Below, piece by piece: positions 39,159 through 54,230 of a stretch of DNA of 64,000 nucleotides. Both the position numbers and the translations under genes were made by a program. Numbering within the stretch: the first letter of the stretch is position 1; each line of letters begins with the position of its first letter. Location of the stretch: contig JALDTO010000213.1 of the NCBI GenBank assembly GCA_023515725.1, forward strand, positions 1 to 64,000, written 5' to 3'. The notes under the pieces are model-generated. The model saw nothing but the letters and a program-made list of their open reading frames with translations. It had not been told where the DNA came from and ran no database searches. Source of the stretch: Amoeboaphelidium protococcarum X5 (lineage: Eukaryota > Fungi > Aphelidiomycota).

Positions 39159-41093
39159 TCACTTTTTGATCTTGTAGAACTAAGTCATAAAGTGAATTTT
39201 GGTGCAGATTTCCTGAGCCTCGGACGGAGACTAAGCATCAAATTCATACGTCTTGGTATCCTACTTGCCATTATCTTTCACGATAACCATTTTGAACGTG
39301 GTACTCTTCTTGGCCTGTTTACAACTCACTATATTCGCTATATGGAATGAGACAGTCTTGACCGAGTCGAAAAAGTTTCGATTCTCCGGCGGCATAAAGT
39401 AGATGTAATCACCATCTATGGCCATGATGCGCTCAATCTTGGACATTATCATTGGCATCTTACGTGTAACATTGTATCGCTTGTACACACTAGTATACTC
39501 ATCCGGAATATACTGAGGCTCATCATAATCTACATCCTGCTCCATCTCTTCCGGTGGCCGCAAGAATATATCTCCAGCAGATGGACCTCGATCTTTTTTC
39601 AACAGGCAGAGCTCCGTAAGTCCAGATGCTCCTATTGTTTTATCCAGAGGAACATCCGTCTTGGTATCAGCCATCTTCAACGTATAATCAGACGGATCAA
39701 TCTTTCTCTTCTTGGCACAGAACGCAAGAACATCTCCCAGAAGCATATCCGCAGGCACAGATACCGTAGTAGTCTACTTAACTTCTAGAGTACTGTACAA
39801 ATGAACTTTGATAAATAGTAGTGATGATCGAACATTTGGATTTCTATTCAGATCCATCATTGATAGCGACTAATCAGGTCTGTTGTTGTTGTTATTGTTA
39901 GATTTACTTGCAGATATCGGAGGTAGAGGAGTTTTGCCACTAACAGGAGCAGGAGCATTCCTCTTATCACTACCGGTAACATTAGGACCGAAAGCAAAAC
40001 TCTATCCAGACTACTATTACTATTATTACTATTGCTATTCTTACCGCTGCTTCTAAAGCTTCTATTGCATATTCTCACTAGGACATACGGCAAACTGGTC
40101 AAATGCAAACTTTTAAATTTTTCTATTCCTCTCCAGAGCAGGAAAATCCTCATCCACTTCCCCCTCATCTTCCACTATCCTTAGATTCCAAAACTGAACC
40201 AACTATTTACCATCCGAGTTACTACTGGCAATAGCGGGCAATCTCTTCTCTTCCACATAGCAGTAGAGAGCATATCCAACCACATCTTCCACCGATGCAT
40301 CACGCTTGACCACTATAATACTAGCCTTGGTAGCCTGGGCCGATGATGGAAAGTATATGCGCAGAGTTACAGGAGCCAGATCACCTCTACCACAAATATG
40401 ACTATAATCTTTAAATGGATTCGAATTCTGAGCACCACTCTTAACTTTGGCCGTCAGCAGAGATTTAGTCTGCTGCACTGGGACAACTTGGACTGGTGTA
40501 AATTCCAACAACTAAGCTTTTATAGCATTCAGACTATCTGCAGATTTCAACTTTTCGAGTGATGCTTTATCTGGAATAGGTGGTGGTTATGGTAGAGCAA
40601 TCGCAGTTTATTATTATTATTACTACTACTACTATCGCAGATCCTTCTTACTAGTGTTGACACCTTGAGTTTAATCCACTCTAGATTACTACAATTGTTA
40701 AGACTAATGCTAGCCAACTCTGAGCTTGTTAATCTTCAAAACATCACTAGTAATATGCTAGATATTAGGACTATAACACATACTCTTCTCTTTAACATCC
40801 TCAGTCACATATGCATTCTGATAATCAAAGAACAAACTCTACTACTACTACTACTACTACTATTATACAGAAGAAGTATTCTAATCACCGGCAGCGGAGT
40901 AATTTTACAATGTGATCTCCATCGAATCACTATCAAGACTTCCTGAGATACTCTGCTATTACTACTATTGCTATCTTAGAGTTGGATCAATATTGGGGAA
41001 GGTGATAATACGTTCAGCCAGAGGATCATCACTCTTTAAGTACATGGATCTAATCTACTGAATAGTCCACTCTGTATCAGTAATCAAAGACAT
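39159..41093 (-). CDS. SIN1: TORC2 subunit Sin1/Avo1
   Basis: MSLITD..IQQIRSMYL; CRIM domain LRIYFP..VEDVVGYALY..WNLRIVEDEGEVDEDFPALER; PH domain YKRYNVTRK..ERIMAIDGDYIYFMP. Confidence 0.9.
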
Positions 41094-41466
41094 TATTATT
41101 CTTGCAACAACTTAATAGCTTCTTAGGAATGAGAAGATGGAATAACTAAAAGATATTATTGCACAGATTGCAACTTTTAGACAACTACCAGCAATAGTAA
41201 AACGTCCAATTTCCTTATTGAAACGAACAGAAGAAGAAGAAAAGGAAACGACAAGAAGAGTTGGGAGAAGGAACGAGAGTTTCTATTAGTAAGAAAGCCA
41301 AAGGATCTCTCTTGTCGTTCTCCCCCCTTTACAGTATTGTTCTTCTTTTCTTGAGTGCTAATAGCAAAGAAGATAGAATTTTGTGATTTTATTCCATACG
41401 GGGAATCTAATTTATCATACTAAGTACTGATTCAAAGCAGAATTTATAATCTGTCTCGCTTAATAA

Positions 41467-41895
41467 ATGGTTGAGTCGTAATAAAGCGAAAAGGTTCCTA
41501 AGCTGGCAGCTGCCGTGATGGCTGTCATGCAGAGTATGGGCGTGCGGGAGGCTGATCCTACTGTAATACATCAATTGATGGAGTTGACTTCGCGGACTAC
41601 GCGTAAGTATCTGGATAAGTCGAAGGTGCTGGCTAATCATGCTGGACATAAGCAAGTGGAGCTGGAGGATTTGCAATTGGCCATCCGAATGGTGACTGAG
41701 AAGGAATTTGTGATGCCTCTACCGCGGGAGGTTTATGCTAGGATGGCGAATGATATAAATCGATAGCCACTACCTCTGTTTGATGAAAAGTATGGCCTAA
41801 GATTACCTCCTGAAAGAGATTGTCTGACTTAGCCTAATTATCGATTGCTGCATTAGAAAGAGTAAGATGATAACAACAACACTATGAAGGATTGA
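41467..41895 (+). CDS. TAF9: TFIID/SAGA subunit Taf9 (142 aa)
   Basis: SMGV..VIHQLME..ANHAG..DLQLAI..NRQPLP..YGLRLPPERDCLT.PNY. Confidence 0.9.
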
Positions 41896-41941
41896 ATGCA
41901 TGAATGAATCAATGTAAATTTATTATTGTACTTACACTAAT

Positions 41942-43942
41942 TCAATCAGATTTAGATTTGATTAGACATGCAGGTTGATGAGGTAGAGGGATAGACAAAA
42001 GCGCCACGGATAGTCATTATTTTCGCTGCGATTTCTTTTATGCTTTAGCCTGCCGAGCAACCTGCTAGAAGCTCTGCTAAATTACAGCCGTCTACTACTG
42101 CTACTGCAGATAAGCCTCATTGATGGGAGGTAAGTTTTGTGGCACCGCTTTACCTTTGGACCGAGCTGTTGCACCACCAAGCCGCTCTTGTAATTACTTC
42201 TTTCTCTCTTGCTTCAGCTGGATAGCATTCACCTTCAGCTTAGTCACGGCCTTGTTCTGCATATTAGCGAGAACATTGGAACTGTAGAATTTAGATTAGC
42301 GTTCATTATTACTTAGAGCCACAGTATTCAGACGCTCCTCTGTCAGCGTTGGTGCTTGGCCATGAGCGCGCGACTTGGCATCCAACTTGAGCATAAGTTC
42401 ATCCTGCTAACTGCCTTCATAAGGTTTGTTAGGCAGATTGAAGTGCGTAGCGGGTACCATGGAGCCATTATAGAAGATAACAGATTGATTCTTGCCAGAG
42501 TTATGTTCGACCATATCCATGAGAGTCTTACGCTTATCCTTCCTACTGCTACCTCCATTACTCTTTTTCTATCTCGGTGCTAAGAGTTATTACTGAGGCT
42601 ACAGTAATGGTACATTGTCTAGCTGTTGCACATCACCATTTGATTACATCAACGCGTGTTGCTACGTTGCCATTGGCTAATCATTCGAAAAGGTGGCAGC
42701 ACGCTGTCTTTATTACATTAAAGGGGCAGAATCTGGTTAAATTGGCGCTTACTAGTACATAGGATGGTATACGGGTTACTAAGGATTTTGCAATATATAC
42801 TGCTGGTTATGGGGATACTGCATCTATCCGGCATCATAAGGCTGCACTATATACGGACTTGCTACATTTACCTGCTGCTGTTAATGATAAACTGGTTACT
42901 ACTCTGCATACAAATGAGCATGAGGATGTGAGACCATTTATTGAGGATCTTACATCATCACTTACTAGGTGGGCATCGGAGACTAATTCAAAAGAAGAGG
43001 GCTTTGATCCTAGAAGATAGCAGATTACATCATCATATTCTTCAATTAAGCCTCCAGATCACCTTGCGATTTCTCATCATTAACAGTACCATTCACATAA
43101 TGCGTAGTCTTGGGCCTCAGATCATCTTCACTTGACTCTTCAGATGAGGACCAATCTGATGAAGATGACGATTCAGTAGAAATAGTGGATGCAGTTACAG
43201 ACGATGCAGAACTCATAGATGCTTCAGATGAGAGCTAATTATCCTGTGCATCAGAATCCGAGACTAATAAAGACTGGTTCAGTGCGCTTATTGAACCAGA
43301 TGAGGATTTAAACCCGGTTTGTAGAGTACTATTAGAAGATGACGTGGCACTGGAGAGATACTAAATGGGAGGCGACTTTGATTATTGTTTCATGCCATCC
43401 TTCAGTTATTTCTACTGGATCAGATTGACGCCTTTCGAGTATCTCAGGCCAATTGGTTACTACTCATCCTACTGGATTTACTTCTGCTACTCTTGCAGCA
43501 TTTCATCATCAGGAGCACCTTCCAGGATAGCCTTCACGGTCCTTAAGCGTTGTACCACAAAATCACGCGCCAATACGACATTCTCGCCACTGCCGCCTTT
43601 CAATTGCAAACACTAACCATCGTAGCTGTACTTGTGTGACACCTTCCATCCGGTGAGCGCGTCTTTCATCTCCTGTGACCAGAATAATCTATTAAAATTC
43701 ACATCATAATAGATTTAGCTGTTGATGAGGATACTCAGTTTCTTTGGCTTCCTTCTAAGCCTATGACCGAAGCCTTTTTTTTATGGCGTTACTTGATCAG
43801 ATTCGCTCGGCTGATCGGCCAGTTGTTGTTATTGTTGAGACAATTCTTCAATACACTTCACCCCGTAGACCTATCGTTCCAATTCACCTTCATCAAAGGG
43901 CATTTCCTTTTCAAATTTGAGATATTTTAAGAATTTAGACAT
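41942..43942 (-). CDS. Hypothetical Ser/Gln/Pro-rich protein (~666 aa)
   Basis: ATG 43942 and TGA 41942 in one frame with TAR=Gln; no family recognised. Confidence 0.55.
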
Positions 43943-44016
43943 TACTTATTAATTATTATATATATATATATATAAGACTGCAATTAATAGAAAATAAAGA
44001 TTAAAAAATCGTATCC

Positions 44017-44127
44017 GCAAATGATGAAATAGTTAATCGAATGTACCCCAAGCGCACTAATCAGAGACATTTGATACTGTAGTACCAAGGTTGATCAGCG
44101 AATCACGCTCAAGCATCGTCTGATTGC
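44017..44127 (+). ncRNA. Candidate box C/D snoRNA
   Basis: GCAA-ATGATGA (box C, 44021-27) ... CTGA (box D, 44120-23)-TTGC with a 4-bp terminal stem, intergenic, 111 nt. Confidence 0.5.
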
Positions 44128-44370
44128 CATGCTTTCAATCTTCTCGAGTATCATAGAGTTTACTGTATGTGTTATAAGCTATAAGCTGTGAGCTATGAGC
44201 GGCGATAATATTTTACGCGTTATTGCTCTTGATTTGACCAAATGAGCAGGCCATTATGGTTCAAAAGAGTTCAAACGACAAAAACTTGACGAGCAATGAA
44301 AGTAGTAACAAAGCGGTATATTGACATCTCATACAATTCAAGTAACAGATATAATAGACCGAGAGTCCAT

Positions 44371-45117
44371 TCACCTGATGGCATGAATTTGGGCGCTGGA
44401 AGAACTTACAAACTGCGGCCCATCACTTTCAATCACATAAGCCATATCGTCTTCATCATCGGGACAATTGTGGCCGTTTTCTGTCCCATCAATTAGTCCA
44501 TTTATATACTACGCACCTCCATCCATGGCCACATGGTATTCATCCATATCATCTACATCGCCAGTTTCAAAGAAATCTTGATACTATGACACTTGCTCGG
44601 AATTTATACCAAATGTGGACGCAACTACAGCATTTCTTCTCCTGGTTGGATCAAATCCAGCGGGGAATATATGAGCACTAGTTGGCGGATCAATTACAAT
44701 CGGTGGCCTGATATTGACTTCAGAGATAGGAATATAGTCATTACTATCAGAATCCTATTCCTCTTGAGCATAGAGGTAAGACGCGTCTTAAAATCTCTAC
44801 CGCAGTGATTAGACGCGTGCACTGGAATTGGCACTGCCACTCTACGTCTAACGACCAGTCAACCAAGAGGGAAGACGACGCCTATCTGGCTGCAGCTTAT
44901 TCTTCTGATATAAATCGATAACTGACAAAAGCATAGCCTCAGTCTACTCATCTCCATCTCTTAATTTCGACACAAAGCTGGAGTATCTGCTTTTTGGCTT
45001 ATGACTCTCCCCAAGCACGGACGAGAAGTACTACTAGCTGCGAACATGCTATTCATACAGCTCCCTTAAACGTCTACCAACAAATGCATCATCATTCTCC
45101 ACTGTTCTTTTACCCAT
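44371..45117 (-). CDS. Hypothetical protein (248 aa)
   Basis: Continuous frame MGKRTVENDDAF...IHAIR with TAR=Gln; acidic C-terminal half. Confidence 0.55.
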
Positions 45118-45327
45118 ATTTATTCAACGTTAATTTGTATTCAGAAATGCACAACAATGTGATTGAGAAAGAGGTGTGTAAGATGAAAAGTCAGGGGAAC
45201 AGCATAAGCGTAAAAATCAAGGGACCAACAATCAAATTGAACGTTATCACCCACTCACTCACTCACAGACACAGAGAGAGAGAAAGATGATCACACTATT
45301 ATAATAAATGACTCAATGCATCATCAA

Positions 45328-45988
<661 letters not shown>

Positions 45989-46197
45989 ATTTTTTATCAT
46001 AAATTTTCATAAATGACTGAGATGATACTACTGTTATGGACGGAATCGAGAGAGAATGAGAAATCACGAAACGGCTCCAAATCGAAGACTCTCAAATTTA
46101 GTATTGATCACGTCAAAATTGCCAGCATACTGTTCAAATTAAAATCATGAGAATCAAGAAAACTATATATTAGATGGTAGTATTTTTATTATTTAAA

Positions 46198-47757
46198 TCA
46201 AGCGACAACTTCAACCTTTTCGTGTTTATGCTTCTTGGACTTTTTGCTCTTCTTACTCTTCTCCTCTTTGGAAGCTACCACAGCCTACTACTACTACTGC
46301 TCATGATCATCATCATGCTTACGCTTCTTGGACTTTTTCTTGTCCTTCTTTGACTTCTTTAAAGATTCTTCTTCAGATACCAGTGCTGGTACTTCAACAG
46401 AGCCAGCCATCACAGTGGTATCGTCAACCTTGGCCTCAACGTCAGACTCATTGTCATCGCCAAAATCAGCCAGGGAGTCCAAGACGCTCTACATAACATC
46501 CAGATTCTTCTTCACCGGCTCACCAGTCTCGTAATACTTTAATCGGTCCTCCACCTGCTGCTTCATAGCCTCACCAAACACACTGGTAGGATGGTCATTA
46601 AAGCAGTCAATTCTGGACGCGATGGAGCACTTGTTGGCCAGATATCTAGAAATTCTGCCCTTGTTCTTGTTTCCAGTGCGACCAATGAAGGAGCTGTGGT
46701 AGATGAGTCCATACTTTGGAGTATTTCCACGCGTTTTCAGTGCCCTGAACAAAGCCTTCTCCGCACCCAGAATTTACACAGTGGAAGCAGGATACTTGCT
46801 CAAGTTGGTCAGACTTCCAGCATGACTGATAAGTCTAGCACCGACAACATCTCCAATCAGGGCGGCCAGATTCGGCGCAACATGACCCATCTTGGAATGC
46901 AGATACTCCTGCAGCTCGACTCTGTACTTGTACAGCGACTCAACTCTCTTGGCGAAAGACTCAATATTCAAAATGTCCAACTCTGAGATATCAGTACCCA
47001 TTGAAGATCTAGCGGCCATTAGGATTCTCTCAGCCAGAGCGTCTGCATCATCGCCACCGATAATCTCAGCCAACTTGGACACATCTTCCTCACTCAGAGT
47101 ACTCTTATTCTAGATGGCCATAGTCAATCTGACATAGGTCAAGTTATCAGCGACGATCTTGATAAGCTCAGGGAAATGCCAAGAGTACCACTCTCTGATG
47201 CGCATGGTGAAAGTGTTAATATCCTTATCCAACTGATCCAGCATACAAATGGCCTGAGTGATCATATTGTCGGCTCTGTTCACATTGAACTTGACCTTGG
47301 CACGCGAATAAGAGTGACCCAAACCGAGCTGAGCCTTCTCCATCACTCCATTATCCAGGGCTTTGATCATCTTCTGTATATGCAATCTGATGCCGCGCAC
47401 AAACTCATGCACCACATCGTTGGACTCGCATTAGATTCCAGTCTCTGCTCTGATTGCTCCAGCCAGATTCTTATCACCAACACCCAATACACTCTTGGAT
47501 CCTTTACTGAAATTCAAATCCAGAAATGACTTTAGACTAGCATTACAGATACCCTCAGACACGTCATTCAAATTCTGTAAAGCATCCGCAGCATTTTTGT
47601 ATGGCAGAAATGACTTCAATTTGACCACTTTACAGAAAAGGGAGTAATCAGCATATGCCTACTGCACGCTCTCAGTGGATGCTCCAATTTCATCTCCACC
47701 AATCTTCTCGAATAACGCGTATCCGGAAGCCAACTCAAATAATATATGTGTAGTCAT
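46198..47757 (-). CDS. NOP56: Box C/D snoRNP protein Nop56 (519 aa)
   Basis: [58 protein letters not shown], Lys-rich tail. Confidence 0.95.
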
Positions 47758-47982
47758 TATTGAATTATCAAGCGATATTTGATAATTAAATCTCCCTTAC
47801 CGTGTTGATATAATAACGCGTCAATCAATTCTAGTGATGAAGAGAGAAAACGTATCAAAAAGGAGAGGACTCGATAAGGTTAGCGGTTTTGGTCAAGGGA
47901 AAATCATCCAAAGAGCTAAATGCTTAAAGAGTGATGCCGTTATGTAAAACATATATACTCAAATTAAATACAATCATTAAAA

Positions 47983-49715
47983 TCATTACTGTTATTGCTG
48001 AGCTAGTAGAATCGCGTATTGCTTGACAGTTTTGGTCAGGGATTACAGAACCATGACCACATCTTTTTAGAGCGGAATGTGCCGCGTCAGCTACTTTACA
48101 GCGCCAGACAGTTGGGCGACGCATTTAATCAAAGAGTTGGAATCTCCAATAAACTAGCGATAAAACACAGAACTAGCTTGATCAGAGGCATGCAATTGTT
48201 TGCTCTTTATCAGAGCCTTGTACGCAGATTCAGCGAGGGACATTTGGGCACAGAGCGACTCGATACTGTTCGTCACGTCAGCAGTTTCACTGTTACGGAG
48301 TTGAGACTTTACTAAATCGGACAACTAGAGTAGAACATGATCAACCAGGCCCATACATCTATCAGCCACGTCAAGCAAAGTCATGGACGACTCATTAAAA
48401 GAGTCAATGGTTGAAGCCGAGTCTGAATGATTACGCTGATGTCGAATCACACCTGCTCCGCCGCTACCACCTAAAGGCTTTAGAATTTATATATCAGGCG
48501 TACCATTCAGATTGATTGATCCTGTCAACTAGGCGCTCATTGGAGTACTAATTCTACTACCAGCACCACCAGCATCAGCTGTAAATTGTTTAGCGTAAAC
48601 CTAATGAGAGATTGACTGCAACTCCTCTACTAGTAAATACCCGCACAGGATAACATTTTTACAAGTTACACCATTTAATTGATGAGCCAATGCTTTACTT
48701 AAAGTTTACATCTCATGAAACAATTCCATTATGCCGTCTACTAATACGATAAAGTTCTACTACTATTACTAATCATCCAATTCTCCTCCATCCCTAATAC
48801 CACCTCTGGATGCTTTCGATATCTTGTTACAAACCTTCAAGATATGCTCCTTTTCGGGCAGTGCCACCACATTCAGCAGATTCTGAATTGTCACTGCAAA
48901 ATTACAGGCTGCATACAATACCGAACGGTAGTGACTTTCGCTCTAAGACCGTAAGCTTAATCGCGTAATATCACGGTCATTGTAAAAGTGTTGTTGATCT
49001 TGCTATTGCTCACCATCATTTAAATCCTTCTATATCTACTGTTACCATTACTATTAATATTCAGAGTATGGATTCTCTCGTATCCACTGCTGCAGCCCAG
49101 AAAGCCAACTAACCTGACCCGCATCACTCTTGTCATTGGAACTCTTTTTAATCACATTCGATGGAGGATATCGCAGAGGATTACCATCAACCTTGAGGAT
49201 CTTTAATTAATTCATCTTACTAAAATACTCTGGCAATACTTGGATTTCATTCTTTGACAAGCTCAATGCCTACAAATTTAAATGAAATTATTATAAGATG
49301 TGCAATGTTTAATAATGCCCAAACATTACCTTGAGATTGATCAATGAACCAAAATCTTCAGGCAGTTCGGCAATCCTGTTTCGACTCACATCCAGAATTT
49401 CCAACAACTTCATTTAACACAACTACATTACTTTACAGTGATATGTCTGAGTAAATTAAACTATATGTTAATTATTGTTATTACAACTAGGGGAAATTCA
49501 GTAAACTAATTAGATTTAATGTTGAGATTGCGTAAATTCATAAATGTAATGTGGAATGATTCAGGCAGGTGGTGTATGAGGTTCTATTGCAAGCTGAGTC
49601 TCTCAACACTAGACCTATTTTCCATTATAGATTAAGGAAATTCCTGCAGATCCATACCAGCAAAAGTCACATCTGACTTTCCCAAATCAACTTCAGTGCT
49701 TGAATCCATATTCAT
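47983..49715 (-). CDS. SOG2: RAM-network leucine-rich-repeat protein Sog2-like, 2 introns
   Basis: N-terminal LRRs (VERLSLQQNLI, LRNLNIKSNQFTEFP, LEILDVSRNRI); C-terminal helical region FIGDSNSLIKCV..LTKTVKQYAILL. Confidence 0.7.
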
Positions 49716-49945
49716 TTCCTAATTAACGTTACTGCCGAGAGACTTCAGTGGTAAAACAAGGACGGCGATGATCAGCTTAAATGGAGGAAAGCGATAAGTT
49801 ACACCTGGTAAAGTTTAAATTTGATAATACTGGGCATATCAAAAGACATTTATACTTTATTTTTATAATCATGAATTTTCATTTTAAACACACACACCAC
49901 ATTAATCTTCCAACAGTACAAAAATTGCAAATTTCAACACCGTGA

Positions 49946-52906
49946 TCATTCTTGCTACATCCATGCTTGGGATCCCACAATCTTTTCCAGCTTGGTGACA
50001 ACATGTCTACCATAGGTAAACTTCTTGATCATTACCACATTTGGTCTCACTACAGCCAGAATTTTTTCAAGTTATGGCTTTGAACACACCTCAAGTAGTC
50101 TCTGCACCACATAGTTGGCAAATTGATCGCGCATCATCTGCATCAAAGGCATATTCTCCACATTTTACTACGATGAAGGTGATTACTATGCAGCACTGCC
50201 CACTTTACCAGCGGGAATAGCCAATAACTCATCAATCAGCTCAGTACGCTAAGTCTCACTTGCATAAATGACACACTTCTCGATAACATTACTGGCAAAC
50301 TTGTGACGGGACAGATGTAGCAATTGGCCTCTGACCTGTCGCAGAATATTAGCACGATCTTCAGGATTGCCACGCTCTAAAATATGCTGAATCACATAGT
50401 TTCCATACTGATCCTGCACCAGTGTCTGCGTGAAAGTACTCAACTCTTTCACCAGCGGACGAGTCAAAGCTTCATCACAATGCTCAAAAATTCTCTGCAT
50501 CACACGACAGCCATAAGCATGAGTGGCCAGTGAAAACACTTGTCCACCAAAGCTGCCTATAATCACTTTTATATCACCGGGTGAGGCAATCTCAATAGCC
50601 TTCTGCACAACATGATTTCCATTCTGATCCTTCACCAGAGCAGTGATCGAAGGCTCAAGTTCATGTATGATCTTGCATTACTCTTCAGGTTTACCAAACT
50701 CCAGAGACTTTTACACAACACGGCAGCCATAAGTTTATACAGATAGCTGCATAAATTTACCAGCCATATTATGAATCAGACGAGAACGCTACTCAGGAGA
50801 ACCATATTCAAAAAACTTTTACACCACATAGTTGCCGAATACGTCCGTGGTGAGATCAAAAGAGTGCGGACATAGCTCTTCAAACAGGGCAGCACGTACC
50901 TTTGGCTCAGCATACTCCAACTTCTGTTGAATAAAGCGACTACCATGTTAATCAGAACTAAATTCAACCACATGCCCAAGAATATCTCCCAGTTCGTACT
51001 TTTTCGTTTTCATATTAGCTCTGAACTCATCCAATGCCTATGAACGATTCTACTAAACAGGTGCAGACTAACGTGTATGAGAGCGAGTAAATCGTTCATT
51101 GTTACCGCCATGATGCTGGAAACCATTGTGCGCACTGTGATTACCATTGTTATGATAGTGATTGTGATGATGTTACTGCTGCTGATAACCATGATGACCA
51201 TGTGACATTGAATCTGAATAGTAAGCATGTTGTGCCGACTATGGACGACTTTGGTGATAGTCAAAACTATCGTGTGGATACTACATTAACATTGACGGAT
51301 TGGCAGATGTGTAAGCATTACGATTCACATGAGCCGGATAATTCAAAGCACCAGACGGAGAATGTTCAAATTCAGAATAGCCAGAGTTTAGACCGCCAAA
51401 TTACATACTATGATTATAAGGTTTCTCATGCTAGTAGGAATGAGACGGAGAATTAAATGCAGCAACTCTTGCAGACGGGGACGATTTGTTGTAACCTGAA
51501 CCACCATTCTGCTCAGTAAGAGATGATTACGGCGGCTGTCCAAAATCATCTTCATCCGAGAGACCAAAATTACGAATAGAAGCAATCATATCCTTATCCA
51601 AATGCGTATCATCAGATTCCTCAATATCATCAATGACGATAGACTGACTCAAGTGCGAGTGGCTGATCATAGGGCTTTGATTCGTCGGATGATGGTGAGA
51701 GTGCACAGATAAAGAAGAGCCAGAGCGCTAAACTCCCCTATTCGCTGTACTATTGTTACCATTAAACGCGTTCATAGCAGCAGTTGGAGGGGTAGAAGAT
51801 GATCTTGGCAGCGCCACTAGGCTCTGAAACTACTAAATAGAAAGTCCCGGAGGAGGCGGAGTCTTGGAAGCCAATCTCAAACGCTGCAAATCAGCACCAA
51901 CATCAACATGCCCACTAGGAAGGCGGACAGCTTTCTGCGACTATTACTACTAACTGTACATCATACCTGGTGATGGTGTTCTGTTGATACTAGAACCGAC
52001 AGCTGAGCGGTACTACGACTCTCCCTGACTGCTAAGATGCTATTAAGACTACTATTACTACTACTAGTGCAGACTGTAGATAGGTGCCGACTCAGGAGCA
52101 TTATGAACCTACATGCGACCAGCCGGCTACTAACGTGGAGACCCAACAGATTTCTGCTTCGCCATCAAATTAGGAGACTAATGATGATGGTGATTATGAT
52201 TATGGTTCGGCCTGGAATCAGAGTTGGTCCAAGCAGAATTGGCTCCGTTAGTGCCACTACCACCGCCAATAGCTGCACTTGCACTACTAGGTGATCCCCA
52301 AATCTACCAAGCCTGTCCACTATGGTACCCGGGAGTAGGCAGCTATTGATAAGAAGAGGATCCTCTCTCACTAGCGGACATGAAACTCTCAATCTCTTAT
52401 ACAACCTCCGGCTCTTGATCATTGATATCTGCAAACTGATCACGATGCTGCTACTACTACTACTGAATTCCACCACCAACATTGTTCATGATACCAAATA
52501 GACCGCCATCACTAGCAGTGTCCAAAGTATCATCCTAGAGCAAGAGACTAGCCGTAGTGGCATTCATACCCAAACGACTTCTGGATGGTAACAGCGGAGA
52601 CTGAGAATTCTTACCAGCACCGAGACCACCACCATTCATAAAAGGCTGAATAGGAGGCGCACTACTGCTTCTGCTAATATCCTTAATCAGATCACTGAAA
52701 CCACCATCATCATGCAATCCAAATGGGAAACGAGATTAATGCAGCTACTGCTTTCTCTGCGCCGGTACAGCGGAAATACCATCAGCATGAGGTGACGCCC
52801 CTACAGGAGCAGGTCTCACCGGATCTGCCTATTTCTCAAGGCCAGCATTATTATCACTACTATTTTTGCTTTTATTATTATTACTATTGTTATTCATCAT
52901 TTTCAT
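49946..52906 (-). CDS. PUM: Pumilio/PUF RNA-binding protein (~986 aa)
   Basis: C-terminal PUF repeats ([66 protein letters not shown]); low-complexity N-terminus. Confidence 0.9.
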
Positions 52907-53630
52907 TCACACAGACAAAGAGGTAGATATATACTATTAATATTACAGTTTTACACACAGGGGTATTTGACTATTATGCACACTATGTACAGACTAATTA
53001 CACTATTGCCGTATATAATGGAATAGATCAGACTCTGAGAAAGGTGCCAATTATTACAATGGAATCAGATATACAGCGCAACTATTATATGAGAAAGTGT
53101 GTGTGTAATACTTTGAATATTAACCTATAAACTCTCACAAAAATTGAAGGATGATGAGATGACGAGTTAATTAACAAATTAAAATTGATTGAGAAGAATT
53201 TTCACAAATCTTTTTTATCAATTTTCTCGTTGATTAAAGCCCAGCTCTGCGACTCCTTTAAATTGAAATTTCTCGTGCACCAAGTTTTGTGTAACTAAAT
53301 CGCCTGCTCCTGATTCGAACAAAGTTCTTTAGTTACTGTTCTTGAGTTCATCGCTTGTCGCTGATTGCTCATTGCTGTGTACAAATGTTCCAAGGCCAAG
53401 GATTCAATATATAAAAATTTCTCAAGTCTGAAACACTAAATCTTAAGATTATATACACGCGATTTTCTTGTATTTTAGGCGTGTGTTTAAATTATCGAAC
53501 CTTTTCACAATGCGGCCACCTCAATAATGTGATTGGTCCAATAGTCTTTCTTTTCTCTTCTTTTTTGATTAGTAGTTGTGATATATTCTAATTTACATTT
53601 TTAATAATATTCAACTTCTTTTACTTTAAA

Positions 53631-54092
53631 ATGTCAAATTAATAGTAATAAGAATCGTCATCTCGCGGATCAGCTACCGTGGTAGTGGAAGATGCTTCTA
53701 ATTCAACAGAGCAAGATCCTTAAGAGCGAATCGTCCGCAACTAGTAGCCTATCATTGTAGTTGGTGACTAATCTAATTCTTAACAATCTGAACAATCATC
53801 ATTATAGTAGTAATAGTAGCAAGAATAAGAATAATAGGCTGAGAATAGAGTGCGATGGGCAGATGATGTTGTGGATAATGAGAATTTGAACAGAAAGTCG
53901 AGTAAGATTTGCTGCATCTACGTGAAGGATGATGATGATGATGCGGTAGAGTCTGACAATGACTAAAGTAATAATGATCCTCGCCAAGGTGGCTCATCAT
54001 AATCGAAAGCTGATGGTAAAAGGAATGCATATGAGAGGTAGCCTAAGTATAAAAGCCACAAGCATCATAAACATGATCACAATTGTCATTGA
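53631..54092 (+). CDS. YPI1: PP1 inhibitor-3 Ypi1/PPP1R11 (153 aa)
   Basis: [25 protein letters not shown] and NAYERQPK. Confidence 0.9.
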
Positions 54093-54143
54093 TAAAATTG
54101 AAGTTTCAACACTTGTTTATTATACTCTGCCAATTTACGTATA

Positions 54144-54164
54144 CTGTATTTTTCACAATTAAGC
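54144..54164 (+). repeat. Left TIR of the Fanzor element
   Basis: TA|CTGTATTTTTCACAATTAAGC. Confidence 0.65.
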
Positions 54165-54230
54165 AAACTAGGGACAGCAACGGATTTGCACCGCCGATCA
54201 GACTGTTGCGCGCGGAGCCTGGACTGATCA
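54144..54230 (-). ncRNA. Putative Fanzor omegaRNA scaffold
   Basis: GC-rich segment directly 3' of the Fanzor stop; stem GATCAG/CTGATC and hairpin GGCGG-TGCAAAT-CCGTT, ending at the TIR. The 5' boundary is uncertain. Confidence 0.55.

Noticed and set aside
40600-40870. (CTA/TTA)n microsatellites here and elsewhere as non-coding or telomere-like repeats
   Set aside because: They lie inside minus-strand CDSs and are low-complexity coding tracts, mostly poly-Gln written with TAG/TAA.
44371-45117. Mso1 (Sec1-binding) identity for the hypothetical protein
   Set aside because: Only a weak DGD...LPSWL resemblance; not enough to name it.
54168-54171. Helitron-type CTAG|T 3' end for the intact Fanzor
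   Set aside because: The sequence beyond CTAG matches the inverted repeat at 57472-57493 with TA flanks, which favours a TIR end at 54144. Not fully excluded.
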